A DNA stretch of 64,000 nt, from IMG/VR virus record IMGVR_UViG_3300034374_009411, one strand, 5' to 3'. Made by a program: the position numbers and the translations under genes. Of the stretch, positions 59,590 through 64,000 are shown piece by piece (the stretch's first letter is position 1; the number at the start of each line of letters is the position of its first letter). The notes under the pieces were generated by a model that was given only the letters and a program-made list of their open reading frames with translations, ran no database searches and was not told the origin of the DNA. Source of the DNA: an uncultured virus (IMG/VR IMGVR_UViG_3300034374_009411). Its lineage: Duplodnaviria > Heunggongvirae > Uroviricota > Caudoviricetes.

Positions 59590-60111
59590 TTATCGTCCAT
59601 AAGATTCTCTCTTAATTTTTAATCCACCAACAAGTACTTTTTTAGAGTTCGAATAATTTGAACTATGTACTATCTCTGAGGAAAACAGTAAAACTTTACT
59701 TTTAACAGGTTTTACTTCTTTGGTGGTATGTGTGTATTTTAACACGGTTTCCCCATCAGTACATGTATTTAGATATAAAATGTAACTAAAATCTTCTGCA
59801 TGTTTATGACTATGGGGAGACATAATCCCACCATTACTGTAATCTACAAGATGTAGATAAGTATATTCTAATTCAGATTCTAGAATCTTTGAGCATATTA
59901 GTTGAAGTTCTGCTACTAATTCATAGAATATTTCTTCTTGTTGATACTTAAGAAGATTTACTGTAGCAAAGCAGTTTTTACTCAAGGAACTAAGTTTTGT
60001 TTCTTCTAAAAACTCAAGTGAATATGCAGAATGAAAGTATTCATTAAAAAAATCAACAAACTTAGAATCTACAAAAAATTCTTTATTCATCAATATATCC
60101 ATCAAATTCAA
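59590..60111 (-). CDS. Putative 2OG-Fe(II) oxygenase
   Basis: HSH...SYILYLN...GET...H.S...KKVLVG; start probably about 60093. Confidence 0.7.
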   Translation of the reverse strand: MNLMDILMNKEFFVDSKFVDFFNEYFHSAYSLEFLEETKLSSLSKNCFATVNLLKYQQEEIFYELVAELQLICSKILESELEYTYLHLVDYSNGGIMSPHSHKHAEDFSYILYLNTCTDGETVLKYTHTTKEVKPVKSKVLLFSSEIVHSSNYSNSKKVLVGGLKIKRESYGR

Positions 60112-60898
60112 ACTCTTCTATGTCGCTAACAGGAACTTCGTATTCATTAGCAACCAAATACCAATGTTCTCCGTCACGGATACCAAGGTACTTCATTTGA
60201 TCTTCATCAAAATGATTCTCTCGCATCGCTGCTTGTATTTTTAAATGAATTAGTTCTGATTGACTAGGAACCTCCATTAAAACTCTCCATAAACTTCTTC
60301 GTATTTTGCCATGAGAGCATCCTTCATTTCATGATACGGACCAACATCCGTATCGTACTCATCACCCATGTTAAAGTCATTTGACCACTGAATAGCAGCA
60401 GTTGCTGCTTGTATCATAATTCGCAATCCTTCACGATCACATGTAATTTGTACAAGTGTCTTTGGATCTGTCATTGTTCCAATTTTCATCGAATAATCCT
60501 CCAATTAGAGTCCTTTTCTTTGTTAACTGAGAAATAATATTCTTTATTGAGAGATTCTAGGTAATAAACATCATTCTCTTCATGCTTTACCCTACAAGAA
60601 TGAAGACCCATCATGTCAAATTCAAAGTCAATTTTTGCCTTTGAACTAATGGGAGATACACAGACAAATTTAGTTTTCATTGTACAAAAATAGTTCCAGA
60701 TTTGGGTTTGGTACGATGCTTTTTAATGAAGTTCATCGCAGATGATTGAGTTCTACATTGTTTAAGATGCTCGCCATAGTATACTACCATATATCCTTTT
60801 TGACAAGGTACAGCAGCGTATCCATCTTTAGTTACAAAACCATCACTACAATCCTTGTAAAAATTGTAAATTTCCTTTAGTTCTTTATCAGTAGTCAT
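60083..60898 (-). other. Four small hypothetical ORFs (60083..60277, 60277..60504, 60486..60680, 60677..60898)
   Basis: Overlapping start/stop junctions. Confidence 0.75.
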
Positions 60899-62142
60899 CG
60901 TTTGATAGTGGAGATTGCTGGTTGACCTTTTACAAATACGGTATCTACAACGTCCTGAAGACGCTTAATAGTAGAGATACCCACGTTGTCGTAGACAGGG
61001 ACATGGACAAGACCAAATGATTTAGTGTAATCTTCCAGTTTGCCAGGAGTAAGAGTTCCATTCTGAATCCTCTTGATGTCATCAAGATGAAGGCGAATAA
61101 CCCTACCAACAGACTGACACATCTCAATAACATTCATCTGACGCATGAGGATCAGAGAAGTGAGACCAGGAACAGAGATGCCTTCACTGAGAATAGAATA
61201 GTGCATAACAATGAACTTCTTGTCTGGATCTGCACCAAACTCTTGAATCAGACTAAAGAATTCTTCGCGGGTAATCTTCCTATCGTTTAAGAAGGCACCA
61301 TGCTTGCTAGTGATCCAAAGAAGGTCATACCCCATAGACTGCACTTCTGTCATGAAGTCTGTCTCAGCAAGCATCCGCAGCATTACCTTTGTGTTTGGTG
61401 CTGCGATCAGAACCTTCTCCATATGATCTTCATTGTAGATGGTATCAAGCAGGGTCATACAGTCCCTCTCTGCCGCCTCCTCGCCCTTCAGACGGTCGGA
61501 ACCGACGCGAATGGTGTTGATCTTAGGAGGAAGGATTGAACCGTCGTTAATGAGGCGTGGAGCGGGCACGTTGTAAATGATACGGTTGTAAACCTCAGTA
61601 TCATTCATGCCAGGTTTGGAAGAAGTGTGAGAATACTTAGGAGTAGCAGTGAAGAAATAGCAGCGGTTAGAATTAAGAGAGAGATTCCTGGTAGCACCAA
61701 AGAAGTTTTTCTTGATTGAGTTGTGCGATTCATCAAAGTAAACTGTGTCAACATGAATATTGGAATCTACAACTTTATGAAGAGAGTTGTAGGTGGTAAA
61801 GATTATACAGGACTCTGATGCTGCACGGGCAGTATTGTTAAAAAGTGCAATCTTTTCTGGTTTAGTGGTATTGAAGTAAACGGTCTCTCCCGTATGAACA
61901 TGACAAACATGGACCCAGGTAGAGGGAAGAAACTTCATAAAGTCTTCACGCAATTGCTTTGCTAGAAGAATGCGAGGAGCAACAACAACGATAGTCTTAG
62001 GACCAGACTTAAGTTGCTCAAGTGCATCTGCAACCATCGTGAAGGACTTACCTGCCCCAGTGGGCATAACGATGATTCCTTTGCGAACTCGATCCATGAT
62101 GGATCGTGCTTCTGCCTGTGTCGGTCGGAGGTTAAGGGTCAT
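60895..62142 (-). CDS. SF2 (DExH, ResIII-like) helicase
   Basis: MPTGAGKS, DESH, TATP, SEGISVP, QSVGRVIR. Confidence 0.92.
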   Translation of the reverse strand: MTLNLRPTQAEARSIMDRVRKGIIVMPTGAGKSFTMVADALEQLKSGPKTIVVVAPRILLAKQLREDFMKFLPSTWVHVCHVHTGETVYFNTTKPEKIALFNNTARAASESCIIFTTYNSLHKVVDSNIHVDTVYFDESHNSIKKNFFGATRNLSLNSNRCYFFTATPKYSHTSSKPGMNDTEVYNRIIYNVPAPRLINDGSILPPKINTIRVGSDRLKGEEAAERDCMTLLDTIYNEDHMEKVLIAAPNTKVMLRMLAETDFMTEVQSMGYDLLWITSKHGAFLNDRKITREEFFSLIQEFGADPDKKFIVMHYSILSEGISVPGLTSLILMRQMNVIEMCQSVGRVIRLHLDDIKRIQNGTLTPGKLEDYTKSFGLVHVPVYDNVGISTIKRLQDVVDTVFVKGQPAISTIKR

Positions 62143-62200
62143 GGGTCGTGTGCGTTGAACATACTATACAGCAAAATCCCCCCGTTTGGGGGGGATGCGA

Positions 62201-62617
62201 TCAATCCATAAATTGGTCTAATGTGATTGGTCCCATTGTACCATCAAAACGATAATGATATTCTAAAGCATTTGCACAAACATAATGATGATGGTCTGTT
62301 GGGACACCCAACCTCCTACACAACTCCTTGTGGTTATCTTCCATGAGTTCAACTGCATAAAGCATGTTATTGAGCACATGCTCTTCAGAATGGTATTTTG
62401 TCAGGACTTCAAACAGTTCAACTAAGAAGTTACCATCACCAGCACAGTTGTCGATAAAGGAAGATTCTGGATCTTTAAGAACTTTTTCTGGAAGATCACC
62501 AATCATCTTCCGAATAAGTGCAGGAGGAGTAAATACCTCCTGCGTTTGCTTGATACGCTCATCTGAGCGTTCAAGTTTAGATCCATGCTCCTTGTTGTGA
62601 CTGTTCTTAGATGACAT
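62201..62617 (-). CDS. Truncated amino-methyltransferase, SAM-binding half only
   Basis: EVFTP (motif X), DNCAGDGNF (motif I), YAVEL, ANAL; no (N/D)PP(Y/F). Confidence 0.8.
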   Translation of the reverse strand: MSSKNSHNKEHGSKLERSDERIKQTQEVFTPPALIRKMIGDLPEKVLKDPESSFIDNCAGDGNFLVELFEVLTKYHSEEHVLNNMLYAVELMEDNHKELCRRLGVPTDHHHYVCANALEYHYRFDGTMGPITLDQFMD

Positions 62618-63917
62618 TCTTTTCCTCCAAATATTTTACCTCCTCTTCAGTAAAATTGAATTGATCAACAAGGTTGTTATAGTCCTTAATGTGAGGTACT
62701 TCCGCATTCTTAATAGCAGCAGTATATCCCGCAGTTTTTTTATAGTTATCAATATAAAACTGAATGAGTTTATTATCAAAAATCTTACTAAGGGCATTCC
62801 CCTCTTCTTCTGAAGTAATAGGACACCAAACATTAAGCATACCAACATATCCATTTGAGATAAACTTGTGCTTTTTGTACGTGCGGGAGTATCCTACAAT
62901 AAACTTCAACACTTCACCAGTAGTAGGAATGACATTTGTACGAGCAATAAAATTACCAGATTGATAAACCTCATACTTACCATCAGGAACATATTCACTC
63001 TTGGCAATGTCCTGACCCATCTTCAAGGGAATGCGAGGATGCATTGAATTGGCAATTTTGTTGAGAATAGAATGCTTAAGTGCAGCATCTCCAATGAGAG
63101 GAAGACCATCTCGCAAATCCCAAGTAAAAGAACCATCATGAGTAATAACATGAGTTTTACCTTGATATGGTTCATTTGTAAGATGCCAACGGCAAATGGC
63201 AACACCTTCGACAAAATAATCATTTGCAGTATAATCGATCAGTTTTAGATTATACTTTGTAGAGAACAATTTAAGGAACTTCTTACCTTTACCAGTTGTA
63301 CCCAGAACAGAGGAAGGAGTAACCTCACACATGTCTCCACCAGGAGCAGTAAGTTCAAGATGTTGCTCTACAATAATTGGCCAAAGTTTATTGTTTTTTG
63401 CCTTCTTAGTGGGATCTTTATAGGGTGGATTAGCAATAATAGCAGTGAACTTCATATCAGGATTCGAATCAACAATATCTACAACATCATTTATATATTT
63501 TACACGATTACGGTGACTATCACAACTCTCCCAAACAGTAATACTATTTGGATCCAGGTCCCTTTCAAGAAGGCGAGCAGTATGAGATCCACTAGGATCT
63601 CCAAACATATAAATTTTAGATAGATCTTTACAATCATCAAGCATAGAATCCAAAAGATCTGTGGGAATATGCCTTTGCATTTGTGAAGACACACTGTACT
63701 TATCTAATGTTTTTGCCTTAGACTCTTTAAACTGCATTTTTATAGAAGAACTAAGCATCAGGATTTTGCCATTGATTGCATTCTTACCACTAGGATTTTT
63801 GGCAATAACTTTTTCAAGAATTTTATAATGATCGCTAGTAATATTTTTATAAACTTCAGTTTCAATAATAGAGTTAATTGTACACACTTTAATGTCTTCA
63901 GAAATAAGATAAGTCAT
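62607..63917 (-). CDS. N6-adenine DNA methyltransferase-like protein (gamma class)
   Basis: IIANPPY, F.EGV, long C-terminal TRD-like region; motif I degenerate (FGDPSGS). Confidence 0.8.
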   Translation of the reverse strand: MTYLISEDIKVCTINSIIETEVYKNITSDHYKILEKVIAKNPSGKNAINGKILMLSSSIKMQFKESKAKTLDKYSVSSQMQRHIPTDLLDSMLDDCKDLSKIYMFGDPSGSHTARLLERDLDPNSITVWESCDSHRNRVKYINDVVDIVDSNPDMKFTAIIANPPYKDPTKKAKNNKLWPIIVEQHLELTAPGGDMCEVTPSSVLGTTGKGKKFLKLFSTKYNLKLIDYTANDYFVEGVAICRWHLTNEPYQGKTHVITHDGSFTWDLRDGLPLIGDAALKHSILNKIANSMHPRIPLKMGQDIAKSEYVPDGKYEVYQSGNFIARTNVIPTTGEVLKFIVGYSRTYKKHKFISNGYVGMLNVWCPITSEEEGNALSKIFDNKLIQFYIDNYKKTAGYTAAIKNAEVPHIKDYNNLVDQFNFTEEEVKYLEEKNVI

Positions 63918-64000
63918 AACAAGAGGAATAGACTCTAAAAGTGCCTTAACCGTCTTTACCCGTTGTGTTTCTGGATTGTCCGATTTTTCTTTATTTTCTT

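Noticed and set aside
1549..63623. All plus-strand ORFs in the track (for example 31683..32324, 34137..34748, 45804..46343)
   Set aside because: They are antisense shadows of well-supported minus-strand genes, with no recognisable motifs
1..64000. tRNA, rRNA, photosynthesis genes, reverse transcriptase, integrase or transposase
   Set aside because: No cloverleaf or diagnostic protein motifs recognised by eye; tRNAscan and Infernal were not run, so short RNAs cannot be excluded

Overview
This window is part of a T4-like myovirus genome, most likely a cyanophage (Kyanoviridae-type), and essentially every credible gene is on the minus strand. Bases 1-30.5 kb are the AT-rich late structural block: gp17 (5' part), a modular polyprotein, gp16, gp15, gp14, gp13, a DUF4815/VrlC-like protein, gp8, gp7, gp6 and gp25, with T4-type nATAAATA late promoters. 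Bases 33-48 kb are a visibly GC-richer early region of small genes with sigma70-like promoters, into which four AT-rich fucosyltransferase-like genes are inserted. Bases 49-64 kb carry 2OG-Fe(II) oxygenases, tail-fibre-like proteins, a carbamoyltransferase, a radical SAM enzyme, an HNH nuclease, an SF2 helicase and a split-looking adenine methyltransferase pair. Strongest non-obvious signals: (1) a complete dnaX-style -1 ribosomal frameshift cassette (internal SD, A_AAA_AAG, hairpin) joining two ORFs between gp16 and gp17; (2) an oriC-like locus at about 39.05-39.55 kb with three host-type DnaA boxes at exact 21-bp spacing, an antisense promoter and palindromic repeats; (3) an early-promoter architecture of a 22-bp palindrome, a GC hairpin and a -10 at fixed spacing; (4) a canonical G-quadruplex motif at the start of an antisense transcript; (5) a nested 30-bp inverted repeat at the early/late boundary. 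All protein calls come from motif recognition and synteny. No database searches were run.
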